Below are positions 51,237 through 60,747 of a stretch of DNA of 64,000 nucleotides, in pieces (position 1 is the first letter of the stretch; each line of letters opens with the position of its first letter). The translations under genes were made by a program, and so were the position numbers. The stretch comes from an uncultured Chloroflexia bacterium. GTDB lineage: Bacteria > Chloroflexota > Limnocylindria > Limnocylindrales > CSP1-4. The notes beneath the pieces are model-generated. The model did not search any database. It worked only from the letters and a program-made list of their open reading frames with translations, and was not told the DNA's origin. The DNA lies in the NCBI GenBank assembly GCA_963712745.1, contig CAVQJC010000005.1, forward strand, positions 1 to 64,000. The letters run 5' to 3'.

Positions 51237-52004
51237 CTAGTACATCAGGAAGCCGCCGGAGACGTTGATCGTTGCCCCCGTGATGTAGCGGGCATGGTCG
51301 GAGGCGAGGAAGACGACCGGCCCTGCCAGCTCTTGCGGCTGCGCCACGTAGCCCAGGGGCGTGCCCGCCTTCATCGACTCGTAGACAGCCGGATCGAGGT
51401 CGGTCAGGAGCATGGGGGTCTCGACCTGGCCGGGCGAGACGGCGTTGACGGTGATGCGGTGGGGCCCGTACGTCCGAGCCAGGCCGCGACACATCGAGGT
51501 CACGCCGCCCTTGGTGGCTGCGTACACGACCGAGCCTCCGTAGCCGCCCGTCCACCAGCCCTGCGAGGTGAAGAGGATGATGCGCCCGCCCCGGCCGGCC
51601 TGGACCATGGCGTCCGCGGCTGCCCTGGAGAGGAAGAAGGCGGCCTTGAGGTTGACGTCGTGCTGGAAGTCCCAGTCATCCTCGCTGACCTCGTCGACGC
51701 TGCCTCGCCGCCGCAGCACGGCCGCCAGGTTGGCCAGGACGTAGAAGTCGCCCAGCTCGCGTCGCGCACGCTCGACGAGGGCACCGTGGCCGGCGACGTC
51801 GCGGAGGTCGGCGGCAGCGCCTGCGTGGCCACTGCCTTGCAGGCCGGCCACCACGTCATCGACCGCGGCCGCGTCCAGGTCCACGGCCATGACCCGGGCG
51901 CCGGTCGTGGCGAATGCCTCCGCCACGGCTTTGCCGATGCCGCCCGCTGCGCCGGTGACGATGACGCCCCGGCCCTCAAGCCCGGCGCCGACGCTCCATG
52001 CCAT
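51237..52004 (-). CDS. SDR oxidoreductase
   Basis: TGAAGGIG, YAATKGG. Confidence 0.95.
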   Translation of the reverse strand: MAWSVGAGLEGRGVIVTGAAGGIGKAVAEAFATTGARVMAVDLDAAAVDDVVAGLQGSGHAGAAADLRDVAGHGALVERARRELGDFYVLANLAAVLRRRGSVDEVSEDDWDFQHDVNLKAAFFLSRAAADAMVQAGRGGRIILFTSQGWWTGGYGGSVVYAATKGGVTSMCRGLARTYGPHRITVNAVSPGQVETPMLLTDLDPAVYESMKAGTPLGYVAQPQELAGPVVFLASDHARYITGATINVSGGFLMY

Positions 52005-52013
52005 GGCTCCCCC

Positions 52014-53180
52014 CTAGGTCCTGGCTCCGACCGAGGACGGGTCGGCCAGCACCTTCTCCGAGCGATAGCGCTCGACCACCTCGTCGATGACCTCGATGCC
52101 CAGCCCCGGCGCCGTGGGCGGGTAGAGCCAGCCCGAGTCGTGATCGAGCGGCTCGGCCACCAGGTCGTGCTGCATGGGGTTGGGCAGCGGCTTCACCTCG
52201 ATGAGCCGCGCGCTGGTGGTGGCGAAGCTGATGGCCAGGCTGGCCGCGGTGACGATGGCCGAGGACCAGGCGTGGGCGTTCGACTGCCGTCGGTAGTGCT
52301 CGACGCGGTCGGTGACCCGGCGGAAGCCGGTGATGCCCTGGGCGCGTCCGGGGTCGACACCCACCACATCGACCGTGCCCGTGGCCAGCACCCGCTCATA
52401 GCCGGCGGGGTCCCACTCCTTCTCGCCGTAGGCGATGAGCGTCGACGTCCTGGCCCGCAGGTCGGCGTAGCCGCTCGGGTCCCAGGCGCCGAGGGGCTCC
52501 TCGATCCAGTGCAGGTCGTACTCCTCGAACGCCTGGATACGCCGCGTGGCGGTCTTCACGTCCCAGACCGTCTTCCAGCCGCAGTCGATCATGATCAGCT
52601 GCTCAGGCCCCAGCCCATCGCGCATGCGTCGCATGTATTCCACGTCGCGATCGTGCTCGTAGCCGAGGTGGGCATCGCCGCGCTTGCCGAAGCCGACCTT
52701 GACCCCGTGGAGGCCCGGCTCGACCCAGCCCTGGGCCTCTTCGACCATACGGCCGATGTCGGCGTGGTGGGCATGGCAGGAGGCCACGGCCGGGAGGCGT
52801 TCGTGCACGGCCCCGCCCAGCAGCTGGACCACCGGGGCGCCGAGCAGCTTGCCCTTGAGGTCCCACAGCGCGATGTCGATGGCCGCGATGGCGAACGAGG
52901 CCAGGCCGCCGCCGTAGCCATACCACCACGCGCGATCGTGCAGCGCGTGCCAGATGGCCACGTTGTCCAGAGGGTCGCGGTCCACCACCAGCTCGGCCAT
53001 GCCCTCGACCAGGGCCTTGGTGGCGAAGGTCGATTCGGGCCACATGGTGATGGCCTCGCCCCAGCCCACGACCCCGTCCCGCGTGGTGATGCGCACCAGA
53101 CAGAGGTGGCGCAGGGCATCGAAGTCGTTCGGCTCCGGGTACGAGACCGGGATGGCTTCCACCGTCGCGATCCTGTCCAT
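52014..53180 (-). CDS. Mandelate racemase/MLE-family (acid sugar dehydratase-like) protein
   Basis: IDIALWDLKGK, KVG, MIDC, WIEEP, GEKE, HAW. Confidence 0.93.
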   Translation of the reverse strand: MDRIATVEAIPVSYPEPNDFDALRHLCLVRITTRDGVVGWGEAITMWPESTFATKALVEGMAELVVDRDPLDNVAIWHALHDRAWWYGYGGGLASFAIAAIDIALWDLKGKLLGAPVVQLLGGAVHERLPAVASCHAHHADIGRMVEEAQGWVEPGLHGVKVGFGKRGDAHLGYEHDRDVEYMRRMRDGLGPEQLIMIDCGWKTVWDVKTATRRIQAFEEYDLHWIEEPLGAWDPSGYADLRARTSTLIAYGEKEWDPAGYERVLATGTVDVVGVDPGRAQGITGFRRVTDRVEHYRRQSNAHAWSSAIVTAASLAISFATTSARLIEVKPLPNPMQHDLVAEPLDHDSGWLYPPTAPGLGIEVIDEVVERYRSEKVLADPSSVGART

Positions 53181-53277
53181 GCGCGTGGGTCCTCCTCCGG
53201 GTTCGGCAGGGCCGGCTGGCTGGCGTTCGCCGCTCGTGCCTCACGCTATCATCCGCTGGCCAGTGAGGAGGAGGCGA

Positions 53278-54363
53278 ATGGCGAAGCCGCGTGTGGGCGT
53301 GATCGGAGCGGGATCCTGGGCGGTGAGTTCGCACCTGCCCAACCTGGTCCGGCGACGCGACGCGGGCGAGATCGAGTTCGCCATCGTGAACCGGCGCAAT
53401 CCCGAGGTGCTCACGCGTATCAGGGACACGTTCGGCTTCGCGGAGGCTACGACCGACTGGCAGGAGGTCATCGAGGCCGCCCCGGACATCGTCATCGTCT
53501 CGAGCCCGCCCGGCGTGCATCATGAGCACGCCAAGGCAGCCCTCGAGGCCGGTGCGCACGTCATGTGTGAGAAGCCGTTCACCATCGACCCGGCCCAGGC
53601 CTGGGACCTGGACGCCACGGTCGAGCGCACGGGACGAGAGCTCTTCATCGCCTACGGCTGGAACTACCGGCCGATGGTGCTCGAGGCCAAGCGCCTCATG
53701 CAGCAAGACGGGGGCATCGGCGAGATCGAGCACGTGACCATGTACATGGACTCGGCCCTGCGCGAGCTGCTCTCCGAGACCGGGTCCTACTCCGACGCCG
53801 ATCCCGATCTCCTCCCCCACCCCGACACCTGGGCCCACCCCGACACCAGCGGCGGTGGCTACGCACAGGCGCAGCTCACGCACGTCTTGGGCTTGACGCT
53901 GTGGCTGACCGGCCTGCGCGGCGCGGCTGCCTTCGCGCTCATGAACCGCCCCGATGGAGCCCGCGTGGAGCTTCACGATGCGGTCGCGCTCCGCTTCGGC
54001 AACGGCGCCATCGGGACCATGGGCGGAGCCTCGTCGCACGCGGGCGCGGCCGGGAACCGGCATGGCGTGGAGCTACGCGCGGTGGGGGATCGAGGCATGC
54101 TCCGGATCGACCTGCGGGCCAATGTACTCTGGCGCTACCGCGGTGCCGGAGACGACATCAACGTGCCGCTTCCCGACGATGCGGGACAGTACGACTGCAT
54201 CGGACCCATCGATGCGGTGGTCGACGCGGCCCTCGGCCGCTCGCCGGCCAACAACTCACCAGCCGAGCTCGGCGCGCGGACGGTCGAGATCCTCGACGCC
54301 GCCTATCGCTCAGCCGAAAGCGGCATGATGGAGCCGATCGCCCAGTCCGGACCTCGACCATGA
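53278..54363 (+). CDS. Gfo/Idh/MocA family oxidoreductase
   Basis: GVIGAG, HVMCEKP, SGGG....THVL. Confidence 0.93.
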   Translation: MAKPRVGVIGAGSWAVSSHLPNLVRRRDAGEIEFAIVNRRNPEVLTRIRDTFGFAEATTDWQEVIEAAPDIVIVSSPPGVHHEHAKAALEAGAHVMCEKPFTIDPAQAWDLDATVERTGRELFIAYGWNYRPMVLEAKRLMQQDGGIGEIEHVTMYMDSALRELLSETGSYSDADPDLLPHPDTWAHPDTSGGGYAQAQLTHVLGLTLWLTGLRGAAAFALMNRPDGARVELHDAVALRFGNGAIGTMGGASSHAGAAGNRHGVELRAVGDRGMLRIDLRANVLWRYRGAGDDINVPLPDDAGQYDCIGPIDAVVDAALGRSPANNSPAELGARTVEILDAAYRSAESGMMEPIAQSGPRP

Positions 54364-54425
54364 CCATGACCACCACCGCCCGACCCCACCGACGCCCACC
54401 ACCCCACCGGCCACGGAGGACCTAG

Positions 54426-55389
54426 ATGCCCGACCCCCACGACCCACGGCTCGAGTGGTACCGGCAGATGGTCCGCATCCGCGTCTTCGAGGACCGGGTC
54501 CAGCAGCTCTTCCTGAGCGGCCGCATCGAGGGCACGACCCATCTGTGCCAGGGCCAGGAGGCGGTCTCGGTGGGGGCCATCGCGGCCATGGCACCCGGGG
54601 ACGTCCAGACCAACACGTACCGCGGCCACGGCGAGGCACTGGCCCTGGGCATGTCCTTCGAGACGGCCATGGCCGAGCTCATGGGCAAGGCCAGCGGCGG
54701 CTCCAAGGGCCTCGGCGGCTCGATGCACCTCATCGACACCAGCAAGGGCAACATCGGGGCCAACGCCATCGTCGGCGCGGGCCTGCCCATCGCGGTCGGG
54801 GCGGCCATGGCCTTCCGGCTGCGGGCCGAGCCGCACGTGGCCCTCACCTTCGCCGGTGACGGGGCCACCAACATCGGCACCTTCCACGAGTCGCTGAACA
54901 TGGCCGCGGTCTGGGCGGCCCCGGTCGTCTTCATCATCACCAACAACCTCTACGGCGAGTACAGCCCGGTGCGCATGACCACGCCCATCGACGACCTCGC
55001 CCGGCGGGCCGAGCCCTACGACATGCCCGGGCGCATCGTCGACGGCCAGGATGTCGAGGCCGTCCATGCCGCGGTCACCGAGGCCGTGGCCCGGGCCCGC
55101 GCCGGGGACGGGTCCGAGCCTGCTCGAGATGAAGACGTACCGCTACCGCGGCCACAGCCGCTCCGACCCCGCCAAGTACCGTCCCGACGGGGAGCTCGAG
55201 GCCTGGCAGGCGCGCGATCCCATCGCCAGCCTCGGGGGGCGCCTCGCCGAGGAGGGCGCCCTGACCGAGGCCGAGCAGGCGGCCATCGCGGCCGCGGCCG
55301 AGGCCGACGTCGAGGCCGCCATCAGCGCCGCCGAGGCGGCCCCGTATCTGACCCTCGAGGAGGCCGCGCGCCATGTCTACGCCGACTGA
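54426..55389 (+). CDS. TPP-dependent dehydrogenase E1 alpha (AcoA/PdhA-like; frameshift near 55110)
   Basis: HLCQGQEA, YRGHG, GGSMH, GDGATN..NN, TYRYRGHS.SDP. Confidence 0.93.
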
Positions 55390-56419
55390 GACCGCCGCCG
55401 TGGCCGCCGTGGCCGCCGCCGCCGATGCCGCCGTGGCCGCCGCCGAGCCGACCATGCTGTCGTACCGCGAGGCCGTCAACGCCGCCATCGACGACGCCCT
55501 CGCCGCCGATCCCGCGGTCGTCTTCCTGGGCGAGGACATCGCCAACGAGGGTGGTGTCTTCAAGACCAACGCCGGGCTGCCCGAGAAGTACGGCCAGCGC
55601 GTCCTCAACACGCCCATCTGCGAGAACGGCTTCACCGGCGTGGCCCTGGGCATGGCCGTGATGGGCCTGCGCCCCATCGTCGAGTTCATGTTCGCCGACT
55701 TCCTGCCCACCGCCGCCGACGCCATCGTCAACGAGCTGCCCAAGTACCGCTTCATGAGCGGCGGGGCCCTCAGCGTACCGGTCACGCTGCGCGTGATCAG
55801 CGGTGCCGGCGGCCGCTTCGGCACCCAGCACAGCGCCACCGGCGAGTCCTGGTTCATGGGCCAGCCGGGCCTGCGCGTGGCCGCCGCCGGCACCCCGGCC
55901 GCGGCCTACGAGCTCATCACCGCCGCCGTGCGCTCGGACGACCCGGTCATCGTCCATGAGCACAAGCTGCTCTACCTGCACCAGGGACCGGTGCGCCGCG
56001 GGGTCGCCGCCGAGCTGGGCCGCGCCTCCGTCGAGCGCGTGGGCGGCGACGTCACCATCGTGGCCACGCTGCACCTGGTCCAGCGCGCCCTGCAGGCCGC
56101 GTCCCTGCTCGCCGACGAGGGCATCGAGGCGGAGGTCATCGACCTGCGCTGGATCCGCCCACTCGACCTCGCCACCATCACCGAGTCGGTCGAGAAGACC
56201 GGGCGGCTGGTGGTGGCCGAGGAGCAGTGGCACGATGCCGGCTGGGGCGCCACGCTCATCAGCCGGCTGGCCATGAGCGGTGCCAGCATGAGTGCCCCGC
56301 CGCGAGCGGTGTCGCTGCCCCACGACATGCTCATCCCCTATGCCCCGCCGCTGGAGGACGCGGTCATCCCCTCGGCCGAGCGCATCGCCGAGGAGGCTCG
56401 GGCGAGCCTGTACTCGTGA
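55373..56419 (+). CDS. TPP-dependent dehydrogenase E1 beta
   Basis: LGEDI..GGVF, NTPICE, EFMFADF, QHS, EHKLLY, IDLR. Confidence 0.95.
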   Translation: MSTPTETAAVAAVAAAADAAVAAAEPTMLSYREAVNAAIDDALAADPAVVFLGEDIANEGGVFKTNAGLPEKYGQRVLNTPICENGFTGVALGMAVMGLRPIVEFMFADFLPTAADAIVNELPKYRFMSGGALSVPVTLRVISGAGGRFGTQHSATGESWFMGQPGLRVAAAGTPAAAYELITAAVRSDDPVIVHEHKLLYLHQGPVRRGVAAELGRASVERVGGDVTIVATLHLVQRALQAASLLADEGIEAEVIDLRWIRPLDLATITESVEKTGRLVVAEEQWHDAGWGATLISRLAMSGASMSAPPRAVSLPHDMLIPYAPPLEDAVIPSAERIAEEARASLYS

Positions 56420-56435
56420 CGGAGGAGACGGCCAC

Positions 56436-57593
56436 ATGACGGGGGAGACGGCCACGGCCCTCGACCGCAGCTCGCTGGTGATCGAGCGCATCGAGACGCT
56501 CGCGGTGCGCGCTCCGCTGGCCCGACGCTTCGAGGGCAGCGCCTACTCGATGGTCAACCGGGCCACCATCGTCACCCGTCTCTACACGCGTGACGGGGTC
56601 GTGGCCGAGGTCTACAACGGCGACACCGATGTCGAGCAACCCATCATCATCGACATCATCCACGAGGAGCTGGCCCCACGAGTCCTGGGCCGCAGCGCCA
56701 CCGACCCCGAGGGCGCATGGACGGCCATGGAGCCATCCACGAACGACATCCTGCGCGACCGTGGACTCGCGCTCCAGGCTATCGCCTGCCTGGACACCGC
56801 CATCTGGGATGCCCTCGCGCGGGCGCTCGGCGTGCCCCTGCACCGGCTCTGGGGCTCGGTCACCGACGTGCTGCCGATGAGCGTCATCGGAGGCTACTAC
56901 CACCTTGACGCGGCCCAGACCCAGGAGGTCGTGGCCGACTACGCCACGCGCTTCGCGGGCATGAAGTTCAAGGTCGGCGGCCGCTCACCGGCCGAGGATG
57001 CCGAGCGCGTGCGTCTGGCGCGCGAAGCGGCCGGGGCGGACTTCGTGCTCATGGTCGATGCAAACCAGGGTTACGAGCGTGCGGAGGCCGTCGAGTTCGG
57101 GCGCCTCGTGGCCGACCTCGACATCCGCTGGTTCGAGGAGCCATGCCGCTGGACCAACGATCGCCGCTGGATGCGCGACGTGCGCTACCAGACTGGACTG
57201 GCGGTGGCGGCCGGTCAGTCGGAGGTCACCCTCGGCGGCTTGCGTGACCTGGTCGTCGAGGGTGCCATCGACGTGAGCAACTTCGACGCCTCGTGGTCGG
57301 GCGGCCCCACCGTCTGGCGTCGGGCGGCCGGGCTGTGCAGCGCGTTCGGCGTGGAGATGGGACATCACGAGGAACCGCAGGTGTCGTCGCACCTGCTGGC
57401 CTCGGTCCCGCGCCATACGTTCGTGGAGTGCTTCGACGAGGAGCGCGATCCGTTCTTCTGGCAGCTATCGGACCTGTCCACGTTCCTGCGCGGCGGCAGT
57501 CTTCACCTGCCCGAGCGACCCGGTTTCGGGATCGAGTTCGACACCGACTATGTCGAGCGCTACACGCTCGACCGTCGCGTCACGAGCCGGTAG
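56436..57593 (+). CDS. Mandelate racemase/MLE-family protein
   Basis: DTAIWD, KFK, MVDANQ, WFEEP, GQSE. Confidence 0.93.
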   Translation: MTGETATALDRSSLVIERIETLAVRAPLARRFEGSAYSMVNRATIVTRLYTRDGVVAEVYNGDTDVEQPIIIDIIHEELAPRVLGRSATDPEGAWTAMEPSTNDILRDRGLALQAIACLDTAIWDALARALGVPLHRLWGSVTDVLPMSVIGGYYHLDAAQTQEVVADYATRFAGMKFKVGGRSPAEDAERVRLAREAAGADFVLMVDANQGYERAEAVEFGRLVADLDIRWFEEPCRWTNDRRWMRDVRYQTGLAVAAGQSEVTLGGLRDLVVEGAIDVSNFDASWSGGPTVWRRAAGLCSAFGVEMGHHEEPQVSSHLLASVPRHTFVECFDEERDPFFWQLSDLSTFLRGGSLHLPERPGFGIEFDTDYVERYTLDRRVTSR

Positions 57594-57610
57594 GTCCGCC
57601 GGGTCCGAAC

Positions 57611-57799
57611 GCCAGTTCCGCAGGATCTAACGCCAGTTCCGCAGGATCGAACGCCAGTTCCGCCGGGTCGAGCGCCAGTTCCGCTGGGTCGAGCGCTGCG
57701 TCCGCCGGGTCGAGCGCTGCGTCCGCTGGGTCGAGCGCTGCGTCCGCCGGGTCGAGCGCCAGTTCCGCCGGGTCGAGCGCCAGTTCCGCCGGGTCCGCG
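57611..57799. repeat. 21-bp tandem repeat, about 9 copies in two sub-variants
   Basis: GCCAGTTCCGCNGGRTCGARC and GCTGCGTCCGCYGGGTCGAGC units. Confidence 0.95.
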
Positions 57800-57844
57800 G
57801 GGGCGGCACGGTCGCGGTTCATGGGCGGCCGGAACGTACCGCAA

Positions 57845-58083
57845 TTCGCAATCATTGAACGATCCGGCCGATTCGGACGTCCCCGGGCCACACAACAGGC
57901 TCGAGAGGCGCCTCGCCATGCTGCAAGGCCGCTCGCCATGCCTGCAGGGACATGGCCGCGGGCTGGATCCGGCCGCCAGGCGCCGCTGCGGGCAACGATT
58001 CGGCCCTGGAGCCTTCGGCGTTCTTGGCCCTGGAGCCTTCGGCGTTCTTGGCCCTGGAGCCTTCAGCGTTCAATGATCGCGAA
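57845..58083. repeat. 239-bp segment bounded by 17-bp inverted repeats, containing a 24-bp tandem repeat (58002-58071)
   Basis: TTCGCAATCATTGAACG ... CGTTCAATGATCGCGAA (1 mismatch); GGCCCTGGAGCCTTCGGCGTTCTT about 3 copies. Confidence 0.7.
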
Positions 58084-58333
58084 GAAGCGCAACTCTGGCC
58101 TGGCTCGCAGAGCCCGTAGTCAACGCAGTCACGCGAAAGGCGGGGTGCCTCGCCCACGCGAGAGCGGGAGGCGCCTCAACGGACGGCTTCATCGGGTTCG
58201 GGGTGGCCAGGCCGACCACGGAAACGGTGCCGCACAGGTCAGCCTGGGTGACCGCGTCAGCAGCGGCCAAGGTGGCGATCGAGGTCACGGCCAGAAGGTC
58301 CTGGATGTCATCGCCGTTCTTGTCGAGGAGCGC

Positions 58334-59203
58334 TCAGCCCTGCGCGCTGGCCGCCTTGGCCATCTCCTGGCCCATGAAGCGGCGGGCCTGGACTGCCAGA
58401 TCCATGCTGTCGTCCCACATGTCGCGCCAGATGCGCAGGATGGTGGTGAGGTTCTCGTCGACGACCTTGGAGCTGAACGACTCGAAGGTGATGACGCCGT
58501 CGTACTCGGCATCGACGAGGGCCTTGAACAGCTCGGGGAAGTTCACGTGGCCCTGGCCCAGGTAGCCACGGTGGTTCTCACCGATGTGGACGTAGCCGAG
58601 CAGGTCACCGGCATCGAAGACCGGATCGCGGAAGTTCTTCTCCTCGATGTTCATGTGGTACGAGTCGAGGTGGACCACCAGGTTGTCCGAACCGATCTCG
58701 CGGATGTACTCGACCGTCTGCGTCGTGGTGTTGAGCAGGTTGGACTCGTAGCGGTTGACGAACTCGAGCCCGACGGTGATACCACTGGCCTTGGCCTTCT
58801 CGGCCAGGCGGCCGATGACGGCCTGGCTGTTCTCGCGGCCCTTGGCGGTGGGCAGCGTCATGTACGGGGCGAGCGCGCTGAAGATGACGCCGCCGAGGTA
58901 GGTCCCGCCGAGATCGCGCACCATGGCGAGGGCGTCGTTGAGCGTGGCCTCGCCGCGGGCGACCGAGTCGGGGTCCTCGCTGTTGATGTCGTTGTCGAAG
59001 CCGAGCCCCAGCGAGCAGGTGGCCTCGATGCCGTGGGTCTCGAGCGCGCGCTGGATGGCAGGGATGTCCATGGAGGCAGGCTCGAAGGCCGGCAGCTCGA
59101 TGATGTCGTAGCCGGCCTCCCTGGTGCTGCTGACCGCGTACTCGCACTCCTTCTCGCCCCAGCTGCCCGACCACACGAGGGCATGGACCCCGAACTTGTT
59201 CAT
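58334..59203 (-). CDS. D-psicose/D-tagatose 3-epimerase family protein
   Basis: LEFVNRYE, HLDSYHMNIEE, HIGENHRG, FESFS. Confidence 0.92.
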   Translation of the reverse strand: MNKFGVHALVWSGSWGEKECEYAVSSTREAGYDIIELPAFEPASMDIPAIQRALETHGIEATCSLGLGFDNDINSEDPDSVARGEATLNDALAMVRDLGGTYLGGVIFSALAPYMTLPTAKGRENSQAVIGRLAEKAKASGITVGLEFVNRYESNLLNTTTQTVEYIREIGSDNLVVHLDSYHMNIEEKNFRDPVFDAGDLLGYVHIGENHRGYLGQGHVNFPELFKALVDAEYDGVITFESFSSKVVDENLTTILRIWRDMWDDSMDLAVQARRFMGQEMAKAASAQG

Positions 59204-59321
59204 GGCTGTTCTGCTCCCTTTCCGCTCCTGGCCGATCCGGTACGGGCGGCCCGTCCCGCTGCCTGCTTGCTGCTCTCCATGAGCCGAGCGAATCGCTCGC
59301 TCACAAGGGCCTCGTCGAGTC

Positions 59322-60680
59322 TCATGCCCCAGCCGCCGTGGCAGGGGTCAATCGCCAATCGGCGCGACGGATCGCGACGGCCGCGATGAGCCCGACGAAA
59401 GCCAGCGCGATCGCTCCTGCGAGCATAGCCGCTCGCACTCCCAGCAGGTCCGCAAACCAGCCGGCGAGGATGGCCCCGAACAGGCTGGAGCCCTGGAAAG
59501 TCATGACCCAGACGCCCATGACCCGGCCACGCAGCTCGTCCGGCGTGGCCGAATGGACCGACACGAGCGCGTTCTGGGCGAGCGTGATCTGGGCCGCACC
59601 CAGCAGGAAGGCGAAGGCGAACACGAGCGTGGTCGACTGGGCCAAAGCGACTCCGGCCACGAGCGCCGCCATGGCCAGCAGGCCGGCCACCATCCACGGC
59701 CGCCGGTCGCCGTGGGCGAAAGCGGTCACCAGCAACGCGGCCGCAAGGGCGCCGGCCCCCGAGGCGCCAAGGAAGGCCCCGTAACCGTCGGCGCCGAGAC
59801 CCATCTCCTGCTGGGCATAGATCGGCGCCAGCGTGGTGAAGGTCGCCATACCGAACATGGCGGCCGCCCAGACGCTCACCAGTGACAGGCGCACCACCGG
59901 GCTGCGGGCCACGAACGAGAGTCCGCCGCGCAGGTCGGAGAGGATCGAGTGCGAACTGTCGGCTCGCTGACGTCCCTTCTCGCGGTAGCGATCCATCCAC
60001 AGGAACGAGGCTGCTACCAGCAGCGAGGCGATTGCGCCGAAGGCGAAGGGCGAGGCAGAGCCGAAGGCCGCGATCATGAGGCCAGCGACCACCGGCCCCA
60101 GCAGGCGCGTGGTATTCCAGGCCGTGGCATGCAGCGAAGCCGCGCTGGAGATATCCGACCTGGGCACCATCTCGGTCATGAACGCCTGGCGGACCGGCAC
60201 CTCCACCGCGATCAGCAGGCCGAACCCGAACGAGGCGGCCATCAGCATCGGCAGCGACTGGGTCCCGCTCACGACCAGCAGGAACACGGCGGCTGAGAGG
60301 ACCGCGGCGAATACCTGGGCGCCGACGAGCACGTTGCGCCGCTCGACGCGGTCGGCGAGCACGCCGCTCATCGGGCCCACGAAGAGGGTGGGCAGGAAGA
60401 AGGAGCCGGTGACCAGGCCGACCTGGGCCGGGGTCGCGCCCAGCTCGACGGCCAGCCAGGGAATGGCCACCAGGGGCATCCACATGGACAGGCCACGGAA
60501 CAGCATGCCCATGAAGTAGATGCGGAAGCCCCGCTGGCGGAATGCGCGGAAGCCGTGCAGGCGGCCGCGGCGCGCAGGGGCACCCTGACCGGTCGGCTGG
60601 GACTCGCCCTGCGGCGGCTCCGCTGATCCGGTCGCGTCCGTCGGCACCGGTTCGGTTGGAGTGGCGGGCGTAATCGTCAT
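59322..60680 (-). CDS. MFS transporter
   Basis: GVLADRVERR, PVRQAF, RLLGP, PDELRGRV. Confidence 0.92.
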   Translation of the reverse strand: MTITPATPTEPVPTDATGSAEPPQGESQPTGQGAPARRGRLHGFRAFRQRGFRIYFMGMLFRGLSMWMPLVAIPWLAVELGATPAQVGLVTGSFFLPTLFVGPMSGVLADRVERRNVLVGAQVFAAVLSAAVFLLVVSGTQSLPMLMAASFGFGLLIAVEVPVRQAFMTEMVPRSDISSAASLHATAWNTTRLLGPVVAGLMIAAFGSASPFAFGAIASLLVAASFLWMDRYREKGRQRADSSHSILSDLRGGLSFVARSPVVRLSLVSVWAAAMFGMATFTTLAPIYAQQEMGLGADGYGAFLGASGAGALAAALLVTAFAHGDRRPWMVAGLLAMAALVAGVALAQSTTLVFAFAFLLGAAQITLAQNALVSVHSATPDELRGRVMGVWVMTFQGSSLFGAILAGWFADLLGVRAAMLAGAIALAFVGLIAAVAIRRADWRLTPATAAGA

Positions 60681-60747
60681 CGAGTGCCCTAACTCTACGA
60701 CGGTTGCCGGTCGAAGGCATCGTGCCGAGCGGCCCGGGCTGGAGGGT

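Noticed and set aside
55385-55446. GCC-rich repeat at the E1 beta N-terminus
   Set aside because: A low-complexity Ala/Val extension with no sign of function.
57293-59389. 698-aa plus-strand ORF with ASSAGS repeats
   Set aside because: It overlaps the MR/MLE gene, is antisense to the epimerase, and is kept open by 21- and 24-bp repeats; a shadow ORF.
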